DNA of 64,000 nt from Deferribacterales bacterium (GTDB taxonomy: Bacteria > Chrysiogenota > Deferribacteres > Deferribacterales > Geovibrionaceae). The notes under the pieces are model-generated. The model saw only the letters and a program-made list of their open reading frames with translations. It searched no databases and had not been told where the DNA came from. Each line of letters begins with the position of its first letter. Position 1 is the stretch's first letter. A program made the translations under genes and the position numbers. The stretch is taken from positions 591,571-655,570 of the forward strand of contig JBFWJS010000002.1 of NCBI GenBank assembly GCA_050253075.1, read 5' to 3'. Positions 30,402-39,383 of the stretch are shown piece after piece.

Positions 30402-30821
30402 ATGAAGTCATACCGTAAAGAACTGTGGTTTAACACCACACAAAGGATGGAGTTCATCAACATCACCCATGATGTGGAGCAGTGCATCAGAGAGAGCGGG
30501 ATAAAAGAGGGGCTTTGCCTCGTGAACGCCATGCACATCACTGCATCCGTCTTTATAAACGACAACGAGTCAGGACTGCATCAGGACTATAAAGACTGGC
30601 TGGAGGAACTGGCTCCCCACGAGCCCCTTTCCAGATACCGCCACAACCGCACAGGGGAAGACAACGGCGACGCACACCACAAACGCCAGATAATGGGGCG
30701 TGAGGTGACTGTTGCCATCACGGACGGACGTCTTGATTTCGGCCCGTGGGAGTGTATATTCTACGGAGAGTTTGACGGCAGACGCAGAAAGCGTGTGCTG
30801 GTAAAGATAATCGGCGAGTAG
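30402..30821 (+). CDS. yjbQ: YjbQ/UPF0047 family protein
   Basis: [27 protein letters not shown]. Confidence 0.92.
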   Translation: MKSYRKELWFNTTQRMEFINITHDVEQCIRESGIKEGLCLVNAMHITASVFINDNESGLHQDYKDWLEELAPHEPLSRYRHNRTGEDNGDAHHKRQIMGREVTVAITDGRLDFGPWECIFYGEFDGRRRKRVLVKIIGE

Positions 30822-30843
30822 ATCTGCACCTTACTGCTCGTAA

Positions 30844-30907
30844 GTCATTCTGAGCTTCTGCGAAGGGTCTGTTCTTTCAGATCCGGCTATGAATTCCTCA
30901 GAAAGAC
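30844..30907. repeat. Degenerate palindromic REP/MITE-like element
   Basis: GTCATTCTGAG...CGAAGGGTCT / AGATCC...CTCAGAAAGAC. Confidence 0.7.
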
Positions 30908-30936
30908 TATTAAAACATAAATGGAGAACATAAAGC

Positions 30937-31791
30937 GTGATTTTACACATTTCACATAACGACCTCGACGGGGTGACCTGCGGGGCAATGACGAAGCGCT
31001 TTCTGAAAGATGTGGACAACCTCTTCTGCAATTACGGAGAGATAGACCCCATCCTGGCGGAAGTGTCTCTGAAAAAATACGACCAGATACTGATAACAGA
31101 CATGTCACCGGGCAAGCGCGGCCTGCAGGAGATAATGGGCGAGATAGAGGTTACGCTCATCGACCACCACGAGACATCAAAGTGGCTGACAGAGATGATC
31201 CCCGCCGTACACGACATCACAAAATGCGCAACACTCCTTACATGGGAGTGGCTGCGTGATCAGGGGCTCGACGTTTCCGAATATAAAGAGCTCGCCGAAT
31301 GCGTGAACGACTACGACATGTGGCACCTGAAGCGTACAGACAGCCTTCAGATGAACATGCTCTTTATGAAGCTGGGCGTGGACAGATACCTTGAGCGTTT
31401 TTCAAAACGCCCGTATCAGGGCTTCACCGATGACGAAAAGCTGATAGTAGAGCTCGAGACAGAGCGCAGGGATAAATATATCTATGCCGCTTCTAAAACT
31501 GTCGAGGTTTTCAAAGACCCTGACGGACTCGAGGTTCACGTTGTCTTCGCAGAGGAATATAACTCTGAGCTGGGCAACCATATAATACAGGAGCTCGGCG
31601 CAGACTATGTCGTGCTCGTAAACATGCAGAAGCGCAAGGTTTCGCTCCGCTCCAGAAAGGATGTGGACGTGCGCAGCATAGCCGAGATGAACGGCGGCGG
31701 CGGGCATAAGAACGCCTCGGGGTTTGCCATGAGCTATGAGTTCAACACTGTAGAATTTTTAAGAGAAGCGGGGATACTGAATGAAAGCTGA
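30937..31791 (+). CDS. DHH/DHHA1 phosphoesterase (NrnB-like nanoRNase)
   Basis: SHNDLDG, ITD, IDHH, SLRS, GGGGHKNASG. Confidence 0.9.
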   Translation: MILHISHNDLDGVTCGAMTKRFLKDVDNLFCNYGEIDPILAEVSLKKYDQILITDMSPGKRGLQEIMGEIEVTLIDHHETSKWLTEMIPAVHDITKCATLLTWEWLRDQGLDVSEYKELAECVNDYDMWHLKRTDSLQMNMLFMKLGVDRYLERFSKRPYQGFTDDEKLIVELETERRDKYIYAASKTVEVFKDPDGLEVHVVFAEEYNSELGNHIIQELGADYVVLVNMQKRKVSLRSRKDVDVRSIAEMNGGGGHKNASGFAMSYEFNTVEFLREAGILNES

Positions 31792-32353
31792 GTTTATAAC
31801 ATCTGCGAAAGAGCCTAAGGGCTATCCGCCGACAGAGTACCCCGAGATAGCTTTTGCAGGGCGAAGCAACGTGGGTAAATCTAGTATGATAAACACCCTT
31901 CTGGGCACTAAAAAGCTGGTAAAAGTGGGTAAAACACCCGGTAAGACAAGGCTCGTGAACTTCTTCCTCGTGAATGACGAGGTCATGCTTGTCGACCTCC
32001 CCGGATACGGCTTTGCGAAGGTTTCCAAAGAGGAGAAGAAGCAGTGGGGAGAGACCATAGAGAACTACTTCACCGAGCGGGAGCAGCTCACCGCATGCGT
32101 GCTCATCCTCGACATACGCAGAGACCCGAACGAAGACGACCTCGGCATGCTCTACTGGCTGCAGCATTATAACGTAACGGCTCTGATAGCCCTGACAAAG
32201 TGCGACAAGCTGTCGAACAATCAGCAGGCATCAAGACTGGCGAAGATAAGCAAACAGCTGAATATCTCGAAAGAGAACTTCATACTGTTTTCATCGCTGA
32301 CACGCAAAGGGAAAGAGGATGTCTGGGATAAGATCGAAGAACTCACGCATTAA
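31781..32353 (+). CDS. engB: Ribosome biogenesis GTPase YihA/EngB
   Basis: GRSNVGKSS, TPGKT, DLPGYG, TKCDK. Confidence 0.97.
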   Translation: MKAEFITSAKEPKGYPPTEYPEIAFAGRSNVGKSSMINTLLGTKKLVKVGKTPGKTRLVNFFLVNDEVMLVDLPGYGFAKVSKEEKKQWGETIENYFTEREQLTACVLILDIRRDPNEDDLGMLYWLQHYNVTALIALTKCDKLSNNQQASRLAKISKQLNISKENFILFSSLTRKGKEDVWDKIEELTH

Positions 32354-32885
32354 GCTGCTCATCTCCTTTCTGGCGATGGCTTGCTTCTTCGTATATGCGA
32401 ATGTTTCCGCAGGACCGAAGAACCATCAGGCAGAGGTCGCCATACTGGCAGACAGCAGCCTCACTGCGGAGCTCGTGAGTGATATAAATAAAGCTCAGAA
32501 GAGCGTTTACATAGCGATATACATGTTTAAAAGCTACGCAAGCACAACATCCGGCGCAGGGATGATAGTCGATGCGCTGAAAAAGGCCGCAGACAGAGGG
32601 CTGGATGTTTACGTGGCTTTCGAGTCGTCCGACGACGGCGACTTTGTTGAAAAAGAGAATAAAAACACGGGGAAACAGCTCGCAGAAAGGGGCGTCACCG
32701 TGGTTTACGACTCGCCCGACAACAGGATGCACTCCAAATGCGCCGTGATAGATGAACATATATCATACGTGGGCAGTCATAACTATACAAACAGTGCGCT
32801 GAAGCACAACAGAGAGATAACCGCCCGCATAGTCTCCGCAGAGACCGCAGCGAAAGTGCTCAGCCACATAAGATCAGTGAAATAA
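32319..32885 (+). CDS. Secreted PLD-family (single HKD, Nuc-like) protein
   Basis: HSKCAVID...GSHN; N-terminal hydrophobic signal; start uncertain. Confidence 0.85.
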   Translation: MSGIRSKNSRIKLLISFLAMACFFVYANVSAGPKNHQAEVAILADSSLTAELVSDINKAQKSVYIAIYMFKSYASTTSGAGMIVDALKKAADRGLDVYVAFESSDDGDFVEKENKNTGKQLAERGVTVVYDSPDNRMHSKCAVIDEHISYVGSHNYTNSALKHNREITARIVSAETAAKVLSHIRSVK

Positions 32886-32896
32886 CGGAGGCAGAC

Positions 32897-33139
32897 ATGA
32901 AGAAGACAGTGTTCATAATACTGGCTACTGTATTGGCGGCGGGCGCATATGCGGCACAGAGCGGCAGCGATATCTTTTACTCGAAGTGTACCTCATGCCA
33001 CGGGTCTGCTCTATCATTAAATAAAAAGAAATCCACGCAGCAGTGGGAAGATACCGTCCGCAGGATGACAAAGCACGGACTGAGCATCTCATCCTCTGAG
33101 ACAAAAGCTGTGGCGGAATTCCTTAGCGGAGGAAAATAA
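32897..33139 (+). CDS. Small monoheme c-type cytochrome
   Basis: Signal peptide, CTSCH, W..TV.RM distal Met. Confidence 0.85.
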   Translation: MKKTVFIILATVLAAGAYAAQSGSDIFYSKCTSCHGSALSLNKKKSTQQWEDTVRRMTKHGLSISSSETKAVAEFLSGGK

Positions 33140-33140
33140 T

Positions 33141-33668
33141 ATGAGATTCAAAGAACTAGAGCCCGGCAAGCTGACAGGAAACACCTTTAAGATGATCGGC
33201 GAGCAGTGGATGCTCGTTACGGCAGGCGAAAAGGATAACTTCAACACTATGACAGCCAGCTGGGGCGGTCTCGGTGTTATGTGGAATAAAAATGTTTCGT
33301 ACGTTGTGGTACGTCCGACCAGATACACATACGAATTCATGGAAAAATACGATCACTATACGCTCTCTTTTCTCGATGACGAATACAGAGACGCTCTGAC
33401 TCTCTGCGGTACAAAATCAGGCAGAGACATGGACAAGGTAAAGAAAGCAGGGCTGACACCCGTTTTCGACGGGAAAGGCATCTATTTCGAACAGGCAAAG
33501 ATCGCTATGGTTTGTAAGAAGCTCTACTGGCAGGACCTCGAGCCGAACAACTTCTTAGACGAAGCCATCATGACCCACTATAAGACAGATGATTATCACA
33601 GACTCTATATCGGCGAAATAGTTGATATGTATGAGCAGATGATCATAAACCCGCTAGACCTGCAATAG
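33141..33668 (+). CDS. Flavin reductase / flavoredoxin family
   Basis: NTMTASWG, RPTRYT, CGTKSGRD.DK, H..YIGEI. Confidence 0.9.
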   Translation: MRFKELEPGKLTGNTFKMIGEQWMLVTAGEKDNFNTMTASWGGLGVMWNKNVSYVVVRPTRYTYEFMEKYDHYTLSFLDDEYRDALTLCGTKSGRDMDKVKKAGLTPVFDGKGIYFEQAKIAMVCKKLYWQDLEPNNFLDEAIMTHYKTDDYHRLYIGEIVDMYEQMIINPLDLQ

Positions 33669-34998
33669 CCGGCGATTCGTCCGAACAGTTCGGGCAGACC
33701 CAGTCTACTGCGTTGCGGGCTTCTCTCTTGATGCCCGTGCGGAATTCAAATATATCGTCAACGGCCTGCAGGTTTGATTCTTTCAGCCTGCGGGTCATTA
33801 CGGATTTCAGCATATACTTCCTGTCATTCAGCTTTTTAAAAGATTCGGGGTTATTCGCCGTAACGCGGAAAGCCGCTTTATACGTCTTCCCTTTTGTCTC
33901 CACGGCTATGGGGGCGATTATTATAAACGGATAATTCGGCGCATCCTTCCTTATCACTGTGGATTTCGCCGTCATTGTAAAGTCCTTCCTCTCCGGCGCT
34001 GTGACGGGTGGCTCTATATTCAGGGATTCGTCTATCTCACGCAGGCGTGCCACATACTTTTCAGCATCTGGCGAATGCGGATTTTCCTTTATCTTCTCAA
34101 TTAGCCGTTCCTTTTCGGTCAGCCTTTTATCTATCTTTTTCTCTGTCTGTCCTTCGGGCTTCTTATCCACCATGAAGACGAATTCGCCGTCGTATCCACG
34201 CAGTTTGCCGTACATAGGCGTCTGTGTGCCTGCGGAATAATGCGTTACCGAGTCTCTCAGATATTCCCCCAGCTCCGACCCTGTAATAACGGAATTGCCG
34301 TCTGTGTCGGCATCCCCTGCTATCCCTCCGATGAATCTCTCACGAAATATCGATACGTCGGGCACCATCTCGTCCTCTGAGCCTGAAGAGATGAACTGCC
34401 TCACGGGTTTCTGAAGGAGCTCCAACATCAGCTCGGGGACAGAGCGCATAGAGGAAAAAACCGTCCCTGAAAAGCAGGAATCGAATACAAACAGCACAGA
34501 CCTCTGGCGCAGGTCTTCGGCACGTTCGGAAAAATACGTCATGGGGATGCTCCCCTCTTTGAACCCGCCCACATCCTTAGACGGCAGTTTCGCATCTTTC
34601 AGGACGATGTAGCCCGTCTTTCCGCTTGCTTCCGTCATGGTGTGTCCGTGCCCTGCGTAATATACGAGGAGACGTGCATTTTTAATGTTCTTATATTTAT
34701 TAAGGAATTGTTCCAGTTTATTTTTGAAGCCTGTTTTGGTGAGGTTGCTGTATTCATCTACGGTGAAGCCCGCACTTCTCAGAGATTCGCTGACTGCGTC
34801 GATGTCCATCCGCACACCGGGGAGATCAGGCCATCCGCCGCTGTAGTCATACACCCCTGCGACAAAAGCGGCACTTTCACTGTACAGCTCGTCGGCATTG
34901 ATGTTCACTGCTGCTGCGGAGGATTTAATAGCACGTTCCTGTCCGTAAAGCGGCAGGCATGCCAGTGTGATGAGTGTGATTATTAAAAGGCGAAGCAT
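33643..34998 (-). CDS. Secreted caspase-family (C14) peptidase with C-terminal FliL-like domain
   Basis: Signal peptide; YYAGHG and FDSCFSG catalytic dyad; last ~100 aa resemble the local FliL by eye. Confidence 0.8.
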   Translation of the reverse strand: MLRLLIITLITLACLPLYGQERAIKSSAAAVNINADELYSESAAFVAGVYDYSGGWPDLPGVRMDIDAVSESLRSAGFTVDEYSNLTKTGFKNKLEQFLNKYKNIKNARLLVYYAGHGHTMTEASGKTGYIVLKDAKLPSKDVGGFKEGSIPMTYFSERAEDLRQRSVLFVFDSCFSGTVFSSMRSVPELMLELLQKPVRQFISSGSEDEMVPDVSIFRERFIGGIAGDADTDGNSVITGSELGEYLRDSVTHYSAGTQTPMYGKLRGYDGEFVFMVDKKPEGQTEKKIDKRLTEKERLIEKIKENPHSPDAEKYVARLREIDESLNIEPPVTAPERKDFTMTAKSTVIRKDAPNYPFIIIAPIAVETKGKTYKAAFRVTANNPESFKKLNDRKYMLKSVMTRRLKESNLQAVDDIFEFRTGIKREARNAVDWVCPNCSDESPAIAGLAGL

Positions 34999-35270
34999 CA
35001 GCGCCCCAGGTACTGTCCGAGGTTATTAAAGAGGTTTATGGTGTATGCCATCATCTTATCCACCATCCACGGGGCGAATATCATAACGGCAACAACGACA
35101 CCGATGATCTTCGGGATGAAGGTAAGGGTCATCTCCTGAATCTGTGTGACAGACTGAAAGATACTGATGGTTAAGCCGATGATAAGCCCAACACCGAGCA
35201 TGGGAGCGGCGATTATCAAAGACATCTGAAGCGCACTTACCAATAGGTCAATGACAAGGTCAGCATTCAT
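34998..35270 (-). CDS. fliQ: Flagellar export gate protein FliQ
   Basis: FQSVTQIQEMTLTFIPK. Confidence 0.97.
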   Translation of the reverse strand: MNADLVIDLLVSALQMSLIIAAPMLGVGLIIGLTISIFQSVTQIQEMTLTFIPKIIGVVVAVMIFAPWMVDKMMAYTINLFNNLGQYLGR

Positions 35271-35273
35271 ACA

Positions 35274-36005
35274 TCACCCGAAACTCTTTACAATTGATGT
35301 TACTATCAGTCCCCATCCGTCCACCAGTACAAACAGCATGATCTTGAACGGCACCGATATCATTACCGGAGGCAGCATCATCATACCCATGGACAAAAGG
35401 ACACTCGCTACTACAAAATCTATGATCAAAAACGGTAAAAACAATAGGAAACCCATCTGAAACGCAGTGGAAAGTTCGCTTACCACAAACGACGACAGGA
35501 GAACAAGGTCAGGGATGTCGTCCGCAGTGCCCGGTCTCTCTGCACCGCTGAGGTTCAGGAATGTGCGCACGTCCTTCTTTCTGGTGTTTGCCAGCATGAA
35601 CTTACGCAGGGGCTTTTTCGCCTCGGAGAGCATCTCCTGAAAGGTTATCTTCTCTTCGAAGTAAGGCCCGAGACCGTTATTATACATCTCTGTGAAAACA
35701 GGGTTCATAACATAAAAAGTAAGTATAAGCGCAAGGCTGAGAAGCACCTGTGAAGGGGGCATCTGGGGCGTACCCATAGCCGTACGCAAAAGTGAAAAGA
35801 CTATGACGATACGGGTGAACGATGTCATCAGCACGAGGAAGCCTGGGGCTATCGTGATGAAGGTGAGCAGGAGCATTATCTGTATAGTGACAGCGACATC
35901 CTGCGGATTGTTCGCCTGCTCCATGCCGAATCTGAAAGCGGGGAATGGTATAGGGTCTGCTGCCAGCACCGCCGTGAGAGGGAGCGCAAGCAGGAACAGC
36001 ACCAT
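35274..36005 (-). CDS. fliP: Flagellar export gate protein FliP
   Basis: TSFTRI, PP.QVL, SEL.TAFQMG, GMMMLPP, FVLVDGW. Confidence 0.98.
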   Translation of the reverse strand: MVLFLLALPLTAVLAADPIPFPAFRFGMEQANNPQDVAVTIQIMLLLTFITIAPGFLVLMTSFTRIVIVFSLLRTAMGTPQMPPSQVLLSLALILTFYVMNPVFTEMYNNGLGPYFEEKITFQEMLSEAKKPLRKFMLANTRKKDVRTFLNLSGAERPGTADDIPDLVLLSSFVVSELSTAFQMGFLLFLPFLIIDFVVASVLLSMGMMMLPPVMISVPFKIMLFVLVDGWGLIVTSIVKSFG

Positions 36006-36787
36006 CAGCGTTTTCTTAATGACTCTAACCTCTCGTTTATCGTTCCGCGTGAAATCTCGACCTCGTCTTTTATGCTTGGTGATTTCTTAAAGAAATTCAT
36101 ATAGGTAGCGAAGTCGTTCTTTTTATTCAGGCCGTTTTTTATACGTCCGACCTCGTCTTCGTTCGATATCTTATCTATCAGCGTCATAGATGTGTCTGTG
36201 ACACCTATGATGTATATTGTCTCGTCTATCTCGTAGAAATACAGGCTCTTGCGGATGTCAAGGTCTGCCTTGCCCAGCAGTCTGCCAGTACCGGGGATGT
36301 CTGTGTTCACCTGCTTTTTAAAGAAGGATTTCAGCAGCCAGAAGACTATCATCATAATAGCAAGTATGATGAGCAGTCCCCAGACCATCCTTGCGTATGC
36401 TTTTTTGCCTACTACGGGGTTTTCTATCGTCCCCTTAGGGAAAGGGAATGTGATCTTTAAAAGACCTTCCTGAGAGATGACCTCAGGCACTATGACGCCT
36501 GTGTCGAACTCTGCTATCAGCCTTTTACGTGTGCCGTCTGTGGTGGTATAGATGGATGTGACGGGCATATCCCAGAAGGACTGTTTGAAATCTATCTCTT
36601 CGACAGTCTCAAAGCTGACGACATAGCTTGAGTCGAGCTTCAGCGTCGTAACGTTTGAGTAGCCTTTGTCAAAGTTGATCCTTACCATCAGGTTCGACTG
36701 ATCCACGTCATACATCACACTCGCCGCATAAGCGGGAATGGATGCGAGGAACAGTAAAAGAACCAGAAATCTAGCGGTACATGCCAT
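36005..36787 (-). CDS. fliO: FliO-family protein with periplasmic N-terminal domain
   Basis: Signal peptide, TM helix, then FliO-like cytoplasmic segment (IIGVTD); lies between fliN and fliP; start placed at MACTARF. Confidence 0.75.
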   Translation of the reverse strand: MACTARFLVLLLFLASIPAYAASVMYDVDQSNLMVRINFDKGYSNVTTLKLDSSYVVSFETVEEIDFKQSFWDMPVTSIYTTTDGTRKRLIAEFDTGVIVPEVISQEGLLKITFPFPKGTIENPVVGKKAYARMVWGLLIILAIMMIVFWLLKSFFKKQVNTDIPGTGRLLGKADLDIRKSLYFYEIDETIYIIGVTDTSMTLIDKISNEDEVGRIKNGLNKKNDFATYMNFFKKSPSIKDEVEISRGTINERLESLRKR

Positions 36788-37058
36788 TTTTATACATCTC
36801 TGTGAGGTCTTCTTTCTCGAGTATTTCCGTGATACGAATAGCAAAGTGCTCGTCGAGAACCATAATCTCCCCGAGTGCGAGAGGCTTGCCGTTTACAAGG
36901 AAATCCACGGGCTCACCGGATGTTTTGGTAAACTTTAGGATGGTGCCCTTTTCCCAGTTGAGCAGTTCGCGCACCTTGACCAGCTTGCGCCCAAGCTCAA
37001 CATCGATATTAAAAAGAACTTCGCCAAATTCGTTTTTGGCAAGCTCCACTTCTTTCAT
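36771..37058 (-). CDS. fliN: Flagellar motor switch protein FliN
   Basis: VELG, GEPVD.LVNG...A.GE, FAIRITEI (SpoA domain). Confidence 0.9.
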   Translation of the reverse strand: MKEVELAKNEFGEVLFNIDVELGRKLVKVRELLNWEKGTILKFTKTSGEPVDFLVNGKPLALGEIMVLDEHFAIRITEILEKEDLTEMYKNGMYR

Positions 37059-37070
37059 TCAAAAAACCCC

Positions 37071-37604
37071 TTACTGAGCGACAAACTCAGTGAAATATAT
37101 GTTCACAATGGTTCCTTCCGTTATGAGGCTGTTGAGCCTGCGCAGAAGTTCCTGTTTAAGTATCAGCTTGCCCTGTGCGGAGCTGACCTCTTCGTATCTT
37201 TTGGATGCGAGGACAGTAAGAATGGCGTCTCTGAGCTGCGGTTTACGCAGGTCGAGTGCTTCGGCGAACTTCTTAGTTTCGTCCAGCTCCAGCTGGAGTG
37301 TAACACGCAGGTATCTTGTACCGCCGGTGTCTGCCATGTTCACGATGAAGTTTTCGAGAGGATACAGCGGTCCTATACCGCCCCCTTCTTTCACTTCTTT
37401 CTTAGGTGCTGCGGCCTGTTTTTTCGCAGGCTGTGTCTCTGCCGTGTCTGTCGGTTTAGGTTTAAGGAACATCATGTATGCAGCCCCGCCAAGTACCCCA
37501 AGTATGATAAGGAGGAGCAGTATGATAATGATGAGCTTTAAAGCGCCACCTTTCTTTTTCTTCCCACCTTCGGATTCGTCGGCTACATTTTCTTCGTCTG
37601 CCAT
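37071..37604 (-). CDS. fliL: Flagellar basal-body protein FliL
   Basis: Basic N-terminus and TM helix, FIVNM, RYL, LRDAI, GK..LK.E, IYFTEFV.Q. Confidence 0.95.
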   Translation of the reverse strand: MADEENVADESEGGKKKKGGALKLIIIILLLLIILGVLGGAAYMMFLKPKPTDTAETQPAKKQAAAPKKEVKEGGGIGPLYPLENFIVNMADTGGTRYLRVTLQLELDETKKFAEALDLRKPQLRDAILTVLASKRYEEVSSAQGKLILKQELLRRLNSLITEGTIVNIYFTEFVAQ

Positions 37605-38353
37605 TATTCCTCTCCTTCACCCTCTTCGTCGAAAAGCTGTTTATTTGATTCGGCAAATTCAGGACTAATAAAGTTGACCTCTACTCGCCTATTCTTCTCT
37701 CTGCTGGCTGCGCTGATGTTCGGTGTTACGGGATGGTTCTCAGCATAGCCCGAAGCGGAAAGCCTCTGCGGGCTCACCTCTTTGCTCATAAAATATTTTA
37801 CCACGGAAACGGCTCTCGCAGTGGAGAGCTCCCAGTTAGACGGGTATAAAGCCGTGCTGATAGGGATGTCGTCCGTGTGTCCTTCAACCATGATGTTGAA
37901 AGGCGATTCTTCTATAACAGCCGCCAGCTTGTCCAGCAGGGGCTTCGCCTGATCGAGTATCTCTGCACTGCCAGGCTGAAAAAGCATTTTATCAAGTATG
38001 CGTACGGATACGCCTTTTTTAGTCTCTGCGATGGTAACCACCTGAGACATCTGTGCGCTTTTGACATATTCCTTGAGGCTCTTTGTCACCTTTTTCTGTA
38101 CGGAACGCACGTTCTGCACGAAGGAAAGGCGGGACATGATGTCCTCCTGCGTCATCTCTGTTTTGTTACCCTCTTTCAAAACACCGAGGGAACCCTGCAG
38201 AGATCCAAGAGCGACCTTGATCTTCCTCTTATCCATAGAGGCCATAGAGAGGAGCAGAATAAAGAATGTCATAAGGAGTGTAGCCATGTCACTGAAGGTA
38301 CTCATCCACATGGGAGCACCGGGCTTACAATCCTCGCACTTTTTTTTACCCAT
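37604..38353 (-). CDS. motB: Flagellar stator MotB
   Basis: WMSTFSDMATLL.TFF, EGHTD, NWELSTARA, NRRVE. Confidence 0.95.
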   Translation of the reverse strand: MGKKKCEDCKPGAPMWMSTFSDMATLLMTFFILLLSMASMDKRKIKVALGSLQGSLGVLKEGNKTEMTQEDIMSRLSFVQNVRSVQKKVTKSLKEYVKSAQMSQVVTIAETKKGVSVRILDKMLFQPGSAEILDQAKPLLDKLAAVIEESPFNIMVEGHTDDIPISTALYPSNWELSTARAVSVVKYFMSKEVSPQRLSASGYAENHPVTPNISAASREKNRRVEVNFISPEFAESNKQLFDEEGEGEE

Positions 38354-38409
38354 AATTACCTGTTATTTATACACAGAGCAGATGCGTATGATCTGCTTTA
38401 TATATGCTG

Positions 38410-39174
38410 TTAGTCAAACTGGGACTTACGCTGGCTCGGCGGCAGATACGCATTGAGCTTCTGCTCGACGATACGCGGGTTGTCGCCTGCCTGAATAGCC
38501 ATGATACCGCCTATCATGATCTCTCTGATAAGCTGTTCCTTAGCTGAATAGCCCTCGATCTTAACCTTATAAGGACCTGCGAAAAGGTTCGCCATCATAG
38601 CACCGTACATGGTTGTAAGGAGCGCAACAGCCATCGCAGGACCGATCGTACTGGGGTCTTCCATAGACTGGAGCATCGCAACGAGACCGATCAGCGTACC
38701 GATCATACCCATCGCAGGGGCGAATCCTTCCATAGAGCCGAGCACGTTTGCGCCTATTTTATGCCTTGCGGCCATGTATTCGAGCTCTGTTTCGAGAATA
38801 TTTTTGATGACCTCGGGCTCTGTACCGTCCACGGCGAGCCTGATGCCTTTTTTGAGAAATTCGTCGTTAACTTCGTCTTCGGCAGATTCCAGAGAGAGGA
38901 TACCGTCTCTACGAGCCTTCACAGCGAACTCTACGAGCTGGCTGATAAGGTTTGCAGGATCGTCGAGAGGGTACTTCAGCGTTTTCATCGTGTACTTCAT
39001 GATACCCAGGGCTCTGTCCATAGGGTAAGCCATGAAGATAATGGCAAATGTACCTGCCACAACGATGAGGACAGACGGAATGTCGATATAAGGGCCGACA
39101 CCTGCTCCCATAAGCATCGCTGCAACAATGAGAACATAAGCCAGTACTGTACCTATAAGGGTTGCGATATCCAT
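38410..39174 (-). CDS. motA: Flagellar stator MotA/PomA
   Basis: ARRDGIL.LE, APAMGMIGT, IGPAMAVALLTT.YG. Confidence 0.96.
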   Translation of the reverse strand: MDIATLIGTVLAYVLIVAAMLMGAGVGPYIDIPSVLIVVAGTFAIIFMAYPMDRALGIMKYTMKTLKYPLDDPANLISQLVEFAVKARRDGILSLESAEDEVNDEFLKKGIRLAVDGTEPEVIKNILETELEYMAARHKIGANVLGSMEGFAPAMGMIGTLIGLVAMLQSMEDPSTIGPAMAVALLTTMYGAMMANLFAGPYKVKIEGYSAKEQLIREIMIGGIMAIQAGDNPRIVEQKLNAYLPPSQRKSQFD

Positions 39175-39328
39175 AGGCTCTCCACATTTAGTCTATACCG
39201 AAAGGGCACATGCCTCTCAGCGGATTAATACAATGATATTGTATAACTTTTCACTATAAAGATACAGGAGTAAGCCCGCATCAGTCAACAGAAATAATGG
39301 TTTTATATATATGACAGAAAACAGGAAT

Positions 39329-39359
39329 AAAAAAGCCGCAGCGTTTTAACTGCGGCTTT
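39329..39359 (-). terminator. Intrinsic terminator after flgE
   Basis: AAAAAAGCCGCAG-loop-CTGCGGCTTT. Confidence 0.8.
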
Positions 39360-39383
39360 GACGTTTAGAATTGTGATTACCGA

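Noticed and set aside
6241..30907. Repeats as a CRISPR array
   Set aside because: Copies are dispersed, palindromic, variable in length and not regularly spaced; no cas genes in the window
32319..32885. PLD nuclease as an anti-phage defence system
   Set aside because: Has a signal peptide, sits in a housekeeping operon and has no helicase or methylase partner
39175..39383. flbD/swrD gene, often found between flgE and motA
   Set aside because: No suitable ORF; the gap holds a terminator and a sigma70-like promoter
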